A DNA stretch of 64,000 nucleotides from Octopus vulgaris (Eukaryota), in assembly GCA_951406725.2 (NCBI GenBank), contig OX597828.1, forward strand, positions 65,410,001-65,474,000. Reading direction: 5' to 3'. The notes beneath the pieces are model-generated. The model had not been told where the DNA came from. It did no database searches and saw only the letters and a program-made list of their open reading frames with translations. The position numbers and the translations under genes are program-made. Below, piece by piece: positions 25,176 through 40,313 of this stretch (positions are counted from its first letter, which is position 1; every line of letters begins with the position of its first letter).

Positions 25176-27850
25176 TAAAATTCTAGGCAGTTTCTACATG
25201 GTCTCTTGACCTGCTGCAAATAGCAGCTAAATGTCATTCAAATCATACACCATCCTCTTGGTAAAGGACACACTGGACAATGTGGTCCTGGTATTCCTTC
25301 GTTTAGAAAGAAAACGGGACTGCCATGGTTGGAATGCGTCTGATCATAGGCTTGCTTGATCATGAATTGCCCAGGATTAAACAGCAGGGCCTTCGTTGGC
25401 CAATGCTGACCATGAATTTTTTTTGGGGGGGGGTTTAGGAAGACTGGTAGTTTCCCATGAATTCTAACCTTTCATTCTCGAAGTCATTAATCAACAAAAG
25501 GACCTCGATTTAGGCCGATATAGTAAGGCATCAGCATCGTAGCAGGCTTTGTTATCAGGAAGCAGAGATCCCGAACAGATCCCTTATGGCACCTAACAGT
25601 TCCACCCGCCAGTCCATCACCCTGGATTGTTTTGGGTTTTTTTTATTTTTGCATCTGTGATGGACAGAAAAGATATTCAATGACTTGTAGCAATGTTTTG
25701 TAGACTTTCGTTGAGTGGTGATTACGATTAATAGGGGTGATATACAACAGAATTCCATCGTATGTGCAGTGATTTTTGTGTTTGTGCTGTTAAATAATAA
25801 CAAACGGATATGATCCCATTTTTCTTTTCAAGCAGAAATTGCAGATTTGTGATGAGGTATTTGGATTGCATGTAGTATGACCTTTCTGCGTAGAAAATTA
25901 GGAACGAGTGAAGGGTAGTATCATATGTGTATGAGTTGGTGCTGTTGGAGATTAAGAACATAGGTCATTAATGTTATGAAGAGAGTGAAGCACATGAGCC
26001 TACCCAGATTCACACGAGAGTTGATAGAGTGTCAAGAGAGTTCCAACAGTATGTGATGCTTTGATGCGATCTGACGGGGGCAAACAGAATAGAGACGGAT
26101 GAGGTTGGCTTTAATCACGTAATGCATGCAGATAATCGGCCCAACAATTTAGAACGAGTGAGAGATCTGTTTTTCTAGTTATACCATGTTACTATTTAGC
26201 TGTGGATCATACTGTACGCTTTAACATACAGTTATTAATCGTACATGGTGCGTTGAAAGACAAAACCCAATATGTTTGGAGGAACAGGTGAGGTGGAACG
26301 ATATTTCAAATAGAAGAGGACATTTTAAATTACCTTGAATAGCTATTGTTGCAGCATATATAGCTGCCAAGGATACTGAATAGAATTCAGGTTACCTCTG
26401 ACCCGTCAACAGTATTAAAGCACCATGGGGTCAAGGAAGTGGGGCAATGTGTGTCAAGAAGTTGTTATAAGGCGGTGATTAGTGAGATTTAATATGAGCA
26501 GACAGTAATAGCTTCGTAGAATTTGGATCTGGTTGTGTGAACGGTGTAAAAAATAGAGTACTTAAACAATAATTTTAGTTTGAAAGAGCTTAGAAGAGTA
26601 CAATGTAAAACTAAAAATCAATAATCCGTCTCATTTAAACAAATAAGCAGTGTTTTAAAGTTTTCAATTACGACAGGATAAAGAGAAGCTATAGACATAA
26701 CAAATTCAGTATTCTTCAATATCAACAAACTTTTAACATTCTTTGCTAAGACGTAAATGCAAATGTTACAAGATATTTTAAATATTTGAGTAAAAAAAAT
26801 AGCAACAGGCCTATGGGAGATCTCAGATATCCGAAATTCGATATGTTAAATATTTTTACTTCTAATATCCAACATAACTCTGAAGAATATTTGTTAAAAA
26901 GTTACAAAGCAAGTAACGTATACGAAGTTCGAATCAAAGCAGTTGGTATTTTTCTGTTTTAAATTCGTGCTTAAAATATCTGCTGACATTTACATGAAAA
27001 TCTTTGCAATTAATCCAAGTTCCAATTTATAAGGTTTCCTTATCGAAAGAAAGTGTAACACATCATGTTGACATTCGTAAAATTACCTGTCATATGTAAG
27101 TTCGATAGAATCAACAAAATACGTATAAGTGAAATTCTAAACCGTAAATGGTCAACATCACTACACTACTAAAATCAACTTTCTCTATACGGATTACTCC
27201 ATAGCACATGTATCTGAAAAACTGGACAGCAAAAGTGCTTACATCCATAATAGGAAAAATTAATTCAAAAAGCTACATGTCATTCCGTTTGTTTTTTTTT
27301 TTGTTTTGTTTTTTAATTTAATTTTTTTAAATAGTTAACTTTTAAAGAAAATCTGTCTTCAAATATTATGAATTTATCAAATTAATTTTGCTAAAACTTA
27401 AATATGTGTGTAGGGGGGAGTGTGTGTACTTATATGTATTTATATACATATATACATTCCTACATGCATACATGTGTACATACAAACATATATATAGATA
27501 CATACATAATTGAATTCTGAGAACAACGTTTTTCCAATGGGAGTGAAAGTATCTATATATTGCGGAAGCTGTGAGTACTGGATACAGTATACAATTTATT
27601 TACAGTAAATTCCTTCTTACATTGAAACGCAAGGTAGGTAACTGTCTTATATACACCTAAAATTCTTTTATTCAGTTCCAGGAGGATACCAAGAAAACTG
27701 GAACCCTATACCTCGAACCCACAAGAGTAAACAAGAGAGACAGAGACAGACAGAAACAAGGAAAATGCCACTTGTATTTGAATACTATGCAAATATTCTT
27801 TTAAAAAAACTTTTCTTTTAATTTTTTAAAATTTAATTATTTAATTGTTA

Positions 27851-27886
27851 CAGTTGAAAAAGTCTCAATGACTGAAACCGGTACTG
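27851..27886 (+). ncRNA. Degenerate minimal hammerhead ribozyme
   Basis: CAG tTGAAaA AGTC tcaat GACT GAAA CCGG TA CTG; two core transitions. Confidence 0.65.
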
Positions 27887-28464
27887 AAATGTTTTTTATA
27901 AAATTATTTTAGCATTTTCTATCTTGACTTTTTTTTCCATATATATCAACTCATGTGTTCCTTTTCATCCTTATACATATATATATTTGTATATGTTTAT
28001 GTGAATATGTGTGTGCGCGTAGATATGTTTGCAAGTGTATGTATATACTGAAAGTCGTGTATCTATATGTGCGTTGAAGAAATATATTATAAATTAAAAG
28101 CCAAAAGCAAACCAAGATTTGGAGGTCTTTACAGGAAGCAAATGAAGCGTTAATTACTACTAATGGTGAAAATTCCGATGAAATTCTGGAGACTCACAAA
28201 TAGATATAAAAAATTCATTATTAATAATGTATCCTGAAATACATAAAAGAAAATTAATACGGTCGTTTTCATTACCTTTACGACTTTTGTTTGTATTTCA
28301 TTTATTTTCGAAGGTTTATTTATCGTTGATCTTATTAATATAGCTGCTGAATTGAGGTAACAGTGGATGAAGATTAAGATCACTGATAATTACAATTGAA
28401 AGTAAATTTATTGACTTCATTTAATATTAAGTGTTCGGCAATTATAATGTATATGTGTGTGCAT

Positions 28465-28563
<99 letters not shown>

Positions 28564-28653
28564 TTTTTCTCTCCTTTTTTCTCTCCTTTTTGCTCTCCTT
28601 TTTTCTCTCCTTTTTTTCTCTTCTTGTTTCTCTCCTTGCTTTTTTCTGTGTCC

Positions 28654-28689
28654 CTTTCTGTAGAAGAGTGTAGGCTCGAAACGTAAAAG
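28654..28689 (+). ncRNA. Minimal hammerhead with variant core CUGUAGA
   Basis: CTTT CTGtAGA A GAGT gtag GCTC GAAA CG TA AAAG. Confidence 0.65.
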
Positions 28690-28768
28690 ACTTTTTCTAT
28701 TACATCTGTTTGTTTTGTACATCACATGTCTTTGTCTTTTGTTTTTTTCGTAAACTCTCCTAGATATA

Positions 28769-29128
28769 TTTCTTTATTGGCCACACAGGGCTGCACACAG
28801 ACAGGACAAATTACAAGGTAGAGCTTTTCTTTTGGGGTTTTCGATCAAAAGGGGTCGTAAAAGGAAAGAAAGAGGACAAAAAAGGGGGGATAAAAAAAAG
28901 GAAAGGGAAAAAAATCGATCAATAGGGATCGTTATCACAGAAATGTCAATGGATCTCTGGAAGTTGTCCATAGGTCCCGGCCCGAAAGTCGTTTCAAACA
29001 GGCGGGTCAGGTATTCCTCGTCGACGCCCAGGTTTGCCCCAAGATCGTCGTCGTACCTCCCCTCCACTAATCCCCTATAGAATGCTTTGGTTGTGTTGAA
29101 GTCACTCAAGGTCGACCCGGGACGGCAA
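28769..29128 (-). mobile_element. Tx1/L1-like LINE 3' end joined to an internal ORF2 piece
   Basis: 3' end shared with 39819 and 40314; peptide TTKAFYRGLVEG...LFETTFGPGPMDNFQRS; followed by (GATA)n. Confidence 0.7.
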
Positions 29129-29138
29129 GATAGATAGC

Positions 29139-29211
<73 letters not shown>

Positions 29212-29275
29212 TGATAGATAGATAGATTGATAGACAGACAGACAGACAGATAGATAAATAGATAGATAGATAGAT

Positions 29276-29353
<78 letters not shown>

Positions 29354-29435
29354 GTAGATAGATAGAGATATATAGATATATAAATATAGATATAGATATA
29401 TAAATATATAAATATAGATATAGATAGATATATAT

Positions 29436-30850
29436 TAGGGTGATGCAAAAAAGGAGGCAATTTTTTGTAATTTTCAGAGAGACACCCTCTATTTTCTTCA
29501 TATTCCTAAGAAAGCATTGTATGCGAAATTTGGGGTTGAAAAAGAAAAAATTAGCGGTTGCTACCACGCTTTAAAAATAAATGTATATCAGTTTGTGCTC
29601 AAAAATATTGTTTCGTTGATATATTCGCTGGAACGGCTTTGATATGTACCTAGTTAAGCTAGTTTTAAAAAAGAATTAATGACATATTAGGCTATAGTAC
29701 GTAGTGAGGTACAGCGTATAGCGCGTTAACTTTTTTTATGTGGAAGGTTCCCAGTAGGCACATCATAACCACACATGTAAGTTTATTTTGGGATTTTTTT
29801 GTGGAGCAAGAGTAATGTTTTCTTGTTTTTGTTTGAGAATGACGACCTGTAACTTTTAACAATTTGAAGAAGGTACTGTTTCTGCTCTTCATCATTGGTT
29901 ATCAGTTTGTTGTATTCCTCCATCAGTCGTGCACCTCTTTCCGCAATGTCGTTTACCACTTTGAGTCCATATACGATATCTTTTGCATTCGCATAACTTT
30001 CGTTATCATTCCATTCTACAGAATCTTTTTCAAGAAAAGTGCAAGGTACCTCTAGGATTTCAAAGAATCTTTTTGAGCTGGCAGTAACGAAATCCTGCAG
30101 TTTTTCTGTCCAGCTGATTCTGGATTTATTGATGCTCGTTTACTCGGGTTTCAGCCAACTAGTTTCTGCAGAGCATGCTTAATTTTATTTTTTGTTTTTT
30201 CTCATGCGAAACAGTTGAATCAAAAAACGCAACCGTCACAAGTTCCTCAGAGAGGTACCACAAATGTCTCAAAAACTTATTGAGTGCAGCACTTGAAATT
30301 TTGTCAACCTTTTGCCTGCAGAGCTGCAGACTTTGCACAAAATGCAAATCTGAACTGGGGGCGCATGAGCGTATAGATGCCAGGTACCACGATCTGATGT
30401 ATATCGCAGCTGAAAAGTAGTAAACATCTCTCAGTTAGTTTAAACTGAGATTTAAACATCAAAATTTTAATGCATTAAATTAGCTTGGTCATCCATCGTG
30501 CTCTGTGATAAGCTCCGGGTGCTTTAAAGTTGATTCGTGACTTGGGGGTACTACCGAGGAAAATTAGCATTAACTCGAGTAATTCCTTGTAGTCATCATG
30601 AGGTTGCTGTGCATCAAGCTGAGCTTGGGCAAATTGAATGATTTCTTCAGCATCTGAGATTTTCTCTTCTTGTCAATTTCCACCCACTTTGCTTTGAATC
30701 TCTTAAACAGTTGTATGTCAGGGTCAATAGAAGATGGCAAGGGGACAGAAAATATACAATAAATACAAACTGAAAAATAACGATATACAAAATATTCAGT
30801 GGAAGTTAGCAACCTCTAAAATGTCTTCAACTGTGCTGAAATTTTGCGTG
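29436..30850 (-). mobile_element. Decayed hAT-superfamily (hATm-like) DNA transposon
   Basis: Terminus TTAGGGTG at 29436; peptides APGAYHRARWMTK and KFLRHLWYLSEELVTVAFFD; multiple frameshifts. Confidence 0.7.
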
Positions 30851-31806
30851 CTGAGTTTTTGCACTAAATTAAATAAAATTAGATGTCTTCGATTCTGAAT
30901 TCAACTTAATACTATTAGTATTAGAGAATTTTTCAGAGTATTTTATTTTATTTATGCTATTCCCATAATACTTAGCACATGACAAAGGGAGCAGCCATTT
31001 GCACAGGAACGAGAAGTATGTCGATAAGTATTCTTCCTATGTTAACTTTTTTACTAGGTTTTTTATTAGTTTTATTCAATAAATTTATAACGTATATAAT
31101 GGTCTCTACTAAACAATCTTTTTAAATACTATTAACTTATGTTTGACATTTTAAAAAATGATAATTTATACTTGTATAGATAGGGGTATATCTTACACTA
31201 AAATATTAATTCCCATAATGTTTATATAGATAGGTTGTGGGATTTGATGTGTTTATAATAGAGTCGTTGAGGGTTTCCTTGGGTTTAACATTTTCTATAT
31301 ATATATATCATCCGAAACTCTGAGTTTTATCATGGCTACCAAATAATTGTTACATATATATATATAATGTATGTATATATACGTACATATATATATGTAT
31401 ATATATATATATATATATAATATAACACAAACATATATATATACACACACAGAATGACAGAGAGAGAGAAGCGAAGATGTAGGATGTTATCAAAATGTCT
31501 ACAATGATAGCATTCGGTTAACTAGATTAACTTTTATTGTCTACTAAATGTATGTATTAGTCCTTTAATTATGTGAATCATACTTGGAATTGTGTATGTT
31601 GATTCATATATTATGAAAAATTGTCGTTTTCTGTAATCTGACAAATATTGATCATATTATACCGAATTTATTCATAAATGTCCTCCGATATATTGGTGAA
31701 ATCCGTATCCAATTTCAAATTAAGGTTGAGAGAATATTATGAGTTCGTGGAAGTATGGCGACGTGTGTTGGTGAGTTATTTGTGTATGTGTAGGTAGATG
31801 TCTGTG

Positions 31807-31854
<48 letters not shown>

Positions 31855-31859
31855 CATAC

Positions 31860-31890
<31 letters not shown>

Positions 31891-32275
31891 TGTATGTATG
31901 TATGTATGGATATATATATATGGTGGCTGTCTGCTCTTTATGTAGAGTTTGACCACCTCCTGTACCTACACCTTAGAACAACCATGGCATCTGATGTGTG
32001 GCTTTTTAAATCAATGTTTTGAAAATACACACACATAGATTGCATATCCGATTTGGACCACCAAAAGCTGCACTTAAGTTCTCATCTTTATGTACCTTAA
32101 AATAGCAACTATACGAGTGAGTGGGAAAACGAAAGGGCACTCAATACATTTAGTAGAAGTTACATGTATTATTTAGAACAGATTGATTTAGTTCCGTGCT
32201 ACTTCAAGTTTCGCGAGCCCCTAACAGGAACCCAACTCCTTCATGCTTCTGGAATGCCCATAAATAATATATAAA

Positions 32276-32660
32276 GGCGCAGGAGTGACTGTGTGGTAAG
32301 TAGCTATCGGCACAGGAGTAGCAGAGTGGTAAGTAGTTATATGAGCAAGAATGGCTGTATGATAAGTAGCCATAGGCGCAGGAGTGGCTGTGTGGTAAGA
32401 AGCTTGCTTACCAGCCACATAGTTCCAAGTTCAGTCCCACTGAGTGGCACCTTAGGCAAGTGTCTTTCACTATAGCCTCGGGCCGACCGAAGCCTTGTGA
32501 GTGGATTTGGTAGACAGAAACTGAAAGAAGCCCTTCGTATAAATATATATATAGATAGATATAGATATAACTGTGTGTGTCTGTGCTTGTTCCCCCACCA
32601 TCGCTTGACAGCCGATGTTGGTGTGTTTACGTCCCTCTAACTTAACGGATCGGCAAAAGA
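32276..32660 (+). mobile_element. SINE family 2 with four tandem 5' heads
   Basis: GGCGCAGGAGTGGCTGTGTGGTAAG-like unit repeated four times before the body. Confidence 0.88.
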
Positions 32661-33004
32661 AAACACACCATCGCCCGATGGGGTGGTAAACGCAAACACA
32701 CACACACACACACACACATACACACACACACACTTGGTGCAGCATAAATATTTACCTATTATTCCTCTTTGTTATAAAATAGAAAGGTTTGGGTCTTGAT
32801 CAATGACAGTTTTCAGGTTTATTGTTATATTTATTGACAATATTTTACGTATATTTTGCAATTGGCAATGGCCACACTTCTTTCATCATACGCGTTTAAT
32901 AATTTCTCAACTGAATACATACATACATGGGTAGTTAACTTTATAGTAATTTAACAGTAATTTGATTGACGAGGAGAGGATCTCCAGTGTTCAGTGGCGT
33001 TGAC

Positions 33005-33310
33005 CAGGTGGTTCAGTGAGCTGGTTCAAATATTCGGCTCGCGGTCGTGAGTTCTATTCTTGACGGCGCATTGTGTCCTTCAGCAAGACGTTTTATTTCA
33101 CGTTGATCCACTTCACTCCACTCATCTGGCAAAAAACGAGTTATACCTTTAGACTCTGTGTCACGCTGAATCTCCTTGAGGACTACGATAAGAGTACGCG
33201 CGTCTGTGAAGTGCTTAGCCAGCCACTTTCACATTAATCTCACGAGCAGAGTGTGCTGTTGATCGGATCGACTGGAACCCCTCCAGGTCGTAACCGACGG
33301 AGTGTCTGTT
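33005..33310 (+). mobile_element. SINE family 3
   Basis: Reverse complement of 3652-3924. Confidence 0.8.
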
Positions 33311-33585
33311 AAAGGAAAGGTACGTGCAACAAAAGCCAAAACTTAAGTGTGGACACGCTGAAGGTGTACTATGGGTGGAAACAGCTGAGAGCCTATGGTC
33401 GGCCACGGGACATTGCCCATTGAGGTAATATGGGTGTGCAGTAGGAGTTTGTTTGGTAAAACCAAATTATTGAATATCTCCGTCATTGCGAGATGAGTAA
33501 AAGTCGTTTTCTTTCTTTCGTTTAACCGATAGTAAAACAAACACAAAACATGGTCATACTTGATCGCCATATGTCTGAATGAAGG

Positions 33586-33617
<32 letters not shown>

Positions 33618-33618
33618 C

Positions 33619-33679
<61 letters not shown>

Positions 33680-34011
33680 TATAGATAGATAGATAGATAG
33701 ATATTTATGTATGTATGATGTGATTTATGCGTCAGCATATGTGTGCAGATAAGTCTGTGTTTATATATATATATATATATGTATGTATATATATAATAAT
33801 AAATATTAGGGAATAAATCCAAATTTACAGGGAAAATCAGATTTAGGATTGAATCCAATTTTATAGTAAAATATTATATAATATTAATTAGAGACAAAAC
33901 CACTATTTTGCAAATCAAACAAAGAAAGACTTAATCCAATACATAAAAAAATTTTAATATAAATCAAATAAAATTATATATATAAATTATATATATATAT
34001 ATAAAATTATG

Positions 34012-34042
<31 letters not shown>

Positions 34043-34153
34043 GTATATATATATAAATATATATATATATGTATGTATATGTATATATATGTATATATAT
34101 GTATATATATATGTATGTATATATATATGTATATATATGTATGTATATATATA

Positions 34154-34186
<33 letters not shown>

Positions 34187-34229
34187 GTGTATATATATAT
34201 ATATGTATATATATATGTATATATATATA

Positions 34230-34272
<43 letters not shown>

Positions 34273-35050
34273 CATACATGCATACATATACACACACCTA
34301 ACAAATTCCTATTGCTGACACAATACTTCTTTATTTGAACAAGATGCCCCCAGCTACTTCAATCATAAAAACGATATAAATAAATACAGTTCTTGAGATA
34401 CATTGTGGTTTGAGAATATTCATTGTTTTCCGGTTTTTGTTTTAGCTTGATTCAGACGTTATCTCCATATTTAGAAATCTTCCCCTTATCTACTTACGCT
34501 TTTGTTTGGTTATTTATTTTTTCTCTTAATCTTTCAGCATGCAGCATGCTGGATATTTATTTGATGACCGTGAGTATAATAATTTCATTGTTGTCTGGAT
34601 TCCACTTAATTTTTAAGGCTTTTCATCCACATCCATGGCTCTGTGGCAAGAAGCTTGCTTCCCAACCACATGGTTCCGGGCTCACTGCGTGGCACCTTGG
34701 GTAAGGCCAAAACAGTGTGAAGTAAATGCAAGGTAAATCGCAAGAAATTATGTGAATTTGTATTCAATATTTCGGGGTTATGACCCCATTTTCAAGAAAT
34801 AAATGAATGTTGCCGCTGTATGTGAGCGTGTGTGAAGTAGACATGCGGAGAAAGGTGTTGCTATAGCAACCAGCTAGCTTTATGTAACTGTCTTCTGTTG
34901 TTGATCTTAGGTTTCTTTTGATGAATGAGGATGGCCTCAGAGATTCTAAATTTGCTCCTGTTCCGCTGCATTGCCTTGATGTGCACTGTGAATTCCCGGG
35001 TCTGGCATTTCCGGAAGTGTCTGCCTGCATGTGTTCCTTAATGTGTGCTA

Positions 35051-36046
<996 letters not shown>

Positions 36047-36909
36047 TTTTCTTGTCGTGCTTCCTATGTTGGATGCGTCACATTTTCCACAGATGATCTC
36101 ATTTATAACATAGGTCCTCTGTCATTGATGGGGCAGTTCGACAATGTGCACTCCTCAGAGTAGTGAGAGGCGTTCTTCTTAAATGTGAATTTAGGTATTT
36201 GATCAGCGGTCAGGAATACGCCTACGATTATTCCTCTTTGCTTTAAAGCTTAAAAGGTGTAAAAATACAGCTCAAACGACTATATTTTTACAAAATATTT
36301 CATTATTACATTCATTCCTTTGTCGTTATAACAGAAGATATCATACAAGGGATTATTATAACAAAAATCACTGATTAAAATTCTACTGACAATTTAAAGC
36401 TAGTTGCCCTAGGCGCACAAATTCATTTCCTTAAAATAATATTCATTTTCGTCTCAAAAACAAATTATCTGGAAAGAAATTGAAAATACATTTCATTTTA
36501 AAATTTGTTATGAATTTCAAATTACTATAAGCTGTTTTAAAAGATTATAATGGTTGTCCTATATATTTTTCGACAAATATATCTATCCTGGAAATTGATG
36601 TCAACTTATATGTTTTCTATAGATATGTTGTTTTTCTTTTACCAGTTTGAATTTTATACAAATACGTTTTCCAACAAATATAATTTTCTAAGAATATATC
36701 TTTCGACCAATTTGTCGACCAATATATTTTCGATGAATATGCTTAATACCACAGGAAAAGTATTTTATCTCTCTAATTAGTTCTGTAAGTCTCTCCAAGC
36801 CTGAGCACTGAAGCAATTGATAGAAAACCCTTTTCACTATCAACGAGTTAGTTACGCTCTAACACTATGCATATACATACATTGTGTGTGTGTGTCTGTG
36901 TGTGTGTGC

Positions 36910-36973
<64 letters not shown>

Positions 36974-37020
36974 AAGCCGCTGGAAAACGATTACGATTAT
37001 AGCAGCGACTCCATTTAAGA

Positions 37021-37057
37021 ATATCTGAAGAAGGAATTTTAGTCCGAAATATCATAT
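37021..37057 (+). ncRNA. Minimal type I hammerhead ribozyme, intact core
   Basis: ATAT CTGAAGA A GGA attttag TCC GAAA TA TC ATAT; AUC triplet; ~50 nt from a (TA)n tract. Confidence 0.75.
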
Positions 37058-38710
37058 CAGACTATGGATGCCTAAATTACAACAGGTATACACAGCCCAT
37101 TGTTCGTATTATATTGAATTTTTGTACCATTCAAAACTTTTTATTCTTTACGAGTAGAGATGGCTTTTTTGTGGGGTTAATTTTTATTTTAATAATGTTT
37201 TCAGAGGGTTACTCTGTTTATGAGTTTCAAGCTTCAACTAGCTGTTTTTCAAACTGAAAAATATATGTTTCGCTGGTTTAAATACCTGCTGCTAGACTCC
37301 AGCAGGCAGCCCCCGCAAGTTGTCACGTGACACTGTCTCAGCTTTAACTGACCAATGAAGGCGCGTAGTCTTAGCCCATGCATTCTCTAAACGAGACCGT
37401 TACCTGTCAGTCAGCGAAGCTACTTCAGTGTCAGTCTGTCGCACTGAAAGGATGAAAAGCAAATTGTGGAATTTGAACTCAAAATATAATTAGTGGAAAT
37501 GCCGCCATGTATATCGTCCGATCTAGTAACGATATTATTGAAATAATATCGATAAACTTCATATTTTATCAGCTATCAGTGATCATCTATGATTAAATGA
37601 ACACGACATGATCATTGTTGTCCTTTAGCAAACAATGGTTATTCTATACATCACAAAATTACAGGAATAATACAGACATTTAGTAGACAGTAAAAATTCT
37701 ACACCGTCTTTGAATTAAGTCGATCTAATTCATGGATGAATGGATGGTCTAGAATTCATCAATATAGACGTTTCGCAAACGATAACAATTCTACATTTTC
37801 TTTGACGCGATCAATATTGTCAATTAGCAGGCAAAGGAGATTCAACAATTGATGCGAAAATCCTCCCCTTGCTAATCCTGATCAATGAAAGATATTAGAA
37901 AAATAATTTATGACTACTATCCTCTTCGTCTGCTTGCAATATTTTCTTAAGTCAGACGACCTTAACTTGAGATGACTATTCTTTATTACTGAATTATTAT
38001 CAGTGTTGTTGGTATGAATATCACTGCAGTGGATCATGCTGTTACTTGAATTAATGCTGGTAGCTAAGGTGATGTTATATGATAACACTATTCAAATAAC
38101 GTATTGTCTATATCTATCCTATTATATCGTATCTTATGCTTATTACTCAGCTTATAACAACGCAAGAAGCATTACTATATTATTAACATATATGTTAACA
38201 ATATCGTATAATTTTGTAACATACTTGCAAACGCACGCCATATCCCCAAAGAAACCTGCTGTATTTCCTTTTGATCTATTATTGTTCTATCATTGATTTA
38301 TTATTGTCTGCTGATAGACAATCAAAATACTTATGCTATTTTTTTTAAATAATACAAGTTTATATTATATTACATTGGCCTTATATAATTTTACATTTTT
38401 GAACGTAAAGGTACTTTTAGGGTAACTCGGGGAAGAACTGGTTTCAAATACGCTCTAACAAATAAACTTTAGTCACTAAACGATATCCAGAACTGCGAAT
38501 ATTTTTTGTTTGTTTTTTGTATTTTCAGAAAAACTACCTGTGATATATTCTTCGTTTCGAACTGTTCAGTTTATTTAAAATTAAAATTCGTAACCATAAT
38601 TCATACTCTAACGTGAAAGTCAAGTTAATTTCTACTAATCCTTTACGTCGCAACCATGTAATTGGTGTATTACAGTGACAGAATCAAGGAACAAGACTGA
38701 AAACTAATAA

Positions 38711-38910
38711 TGGTTTCAAATTTTGGCACAAGGCCAGCAAGTTCGGGGGAGAAAGTAAGTCAAACCCAGTGTTCAACTGGTACTTATTTTATCGACCCTG
38801 AAAAGATAAAAGACAAAATTGAACTCGGTGGCATTTGAACTCAGAACATGAAAACGGGCGAAATATTGCAAAGCACTTTGCACGGCGTGATAAAGATTCT
38901 GCCAGCTTGC
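38711..38910 (-). mobile_element. SINE family 1, short-tail variant
   Basis: Reverse complement of 22284-22497. Confidence 0.85.
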
Positions 38911-38949
38911 AACCTTTGACTGACTGTAAGCTAATAATGAATAAAATGC

Positions 38950-39250
38950 CTGCACCACTATAAATCGTACAGTATGATAGAGGGAAAGGCAACCTGTGGA
39001 CTGCGAAGCCATGAGAGTCGTACAGAAAAGATTGAATACATTTGCATTATATATGGAAATTTGAAAGTAGTTTACATATTGTCTGGCAAACGAAGCGGTA
39101 ACATTGAATTTCTGGGGGGTTTTCGTTTCTATTTATGGAAAGAGAATTTAATGTTGGGAAGTTATGGATAATTTCCCAGTGAAACCACAAACCATTTTAC
39201 TCCCAGCACGTATTTATCCAACTACGTTTGATGAAACAATTTACAAATGC
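38950..39250 (+). repeat. ~300-bp diverged direct repeat, copy 1 (copy 2 at 42150-42450)
   Basis: Collinear shared blocks CACTATAAA, CATGAGAGTCGTACAGAAAAG, CATTTGCATTAT, CTCCCAGCAC, ATCCAACTACGT. Confidence 0.85.
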
Positions 39251-39736
39251 TTTCGAAAAGGGAATTAACTCCAGATTCCTGCTCGGAAACACGGAATCTG
39301 GAAGACAGTGAAATTTAATGGCCAATCATACGGATGGTTATGAATGATAAACTACGTACGTAAGTAGTTCGCCTTAAACCTGTTGTCAAAATTGTCTGAA
39401 TAGAATTCCAGTGAGTTGTGAAAGCATTAAGGGGCGACAACAAATTCGAAAGCTATGAAGATCTGGTAAGTCTTTTTTCCAAATATGTGCATATATGTAC
39501 ATATGCATGTTCTACGTTTCTGTGAATGTGTGATATTATATATGTGTGTGTTAGTGTGTGTGTGTGTGTGTGTAATCTGTTAGTCTATACATATATATGT
39601 ATTATATATAGATATATACCTATATATATATATGTATACAAATGCATATACACATATGCATGCAAACATATGTATATACATACAAAAAAATATGTATACA
39701 TACATAAACATTTATATACAGACAGGCAAATAGATG

Positions 39737-39817
<81 letters not shown>

Positions 39818-39818
39818 C

Positions 39819-40102
39819 TTTCTTTATTAGCCACACAGGGCTGAATACTGAGGGGACAAATACAAATGTAAAGCTTTTCTTTTCGAAGATGAAAAAGAAA
39901 AAAACGAACAAAAAAGGAAACAAATGTAAAATTCCGATCAAAAGGGATCGGGAAAAAAAGCGATCAAAAAGGATCGTGTATTGCAAACAATTTTTTTTTT
40001 AAGTAAGAAATAAGATTAGTTTCATACGTGGGAAGAAAAGCCTACAGAAAAGACCACGGTAACCTCAGGCAGGGAGAAAATAAACACATGAGAGCAAAGT
40101 GT
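39819..40102 (-). mobile_element. Tx1/L1-like LINE 3' UTR fragment within (GATA)n
   Basis: Begins TTTCTTTATTAGCCACACAGGGCTG as at 28769 and 40314. Confidence 0.7.
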
Positions 40103-40311
<209 letters not shown>

Positions 40312-40313
40312 TG

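Noticed and set aside
32276-32400. Short repeats resembling a CRISPR array
   Set aside because: Contiguous diverged SINE heads with no unique spacers; eukaryotic context and no cas genes.
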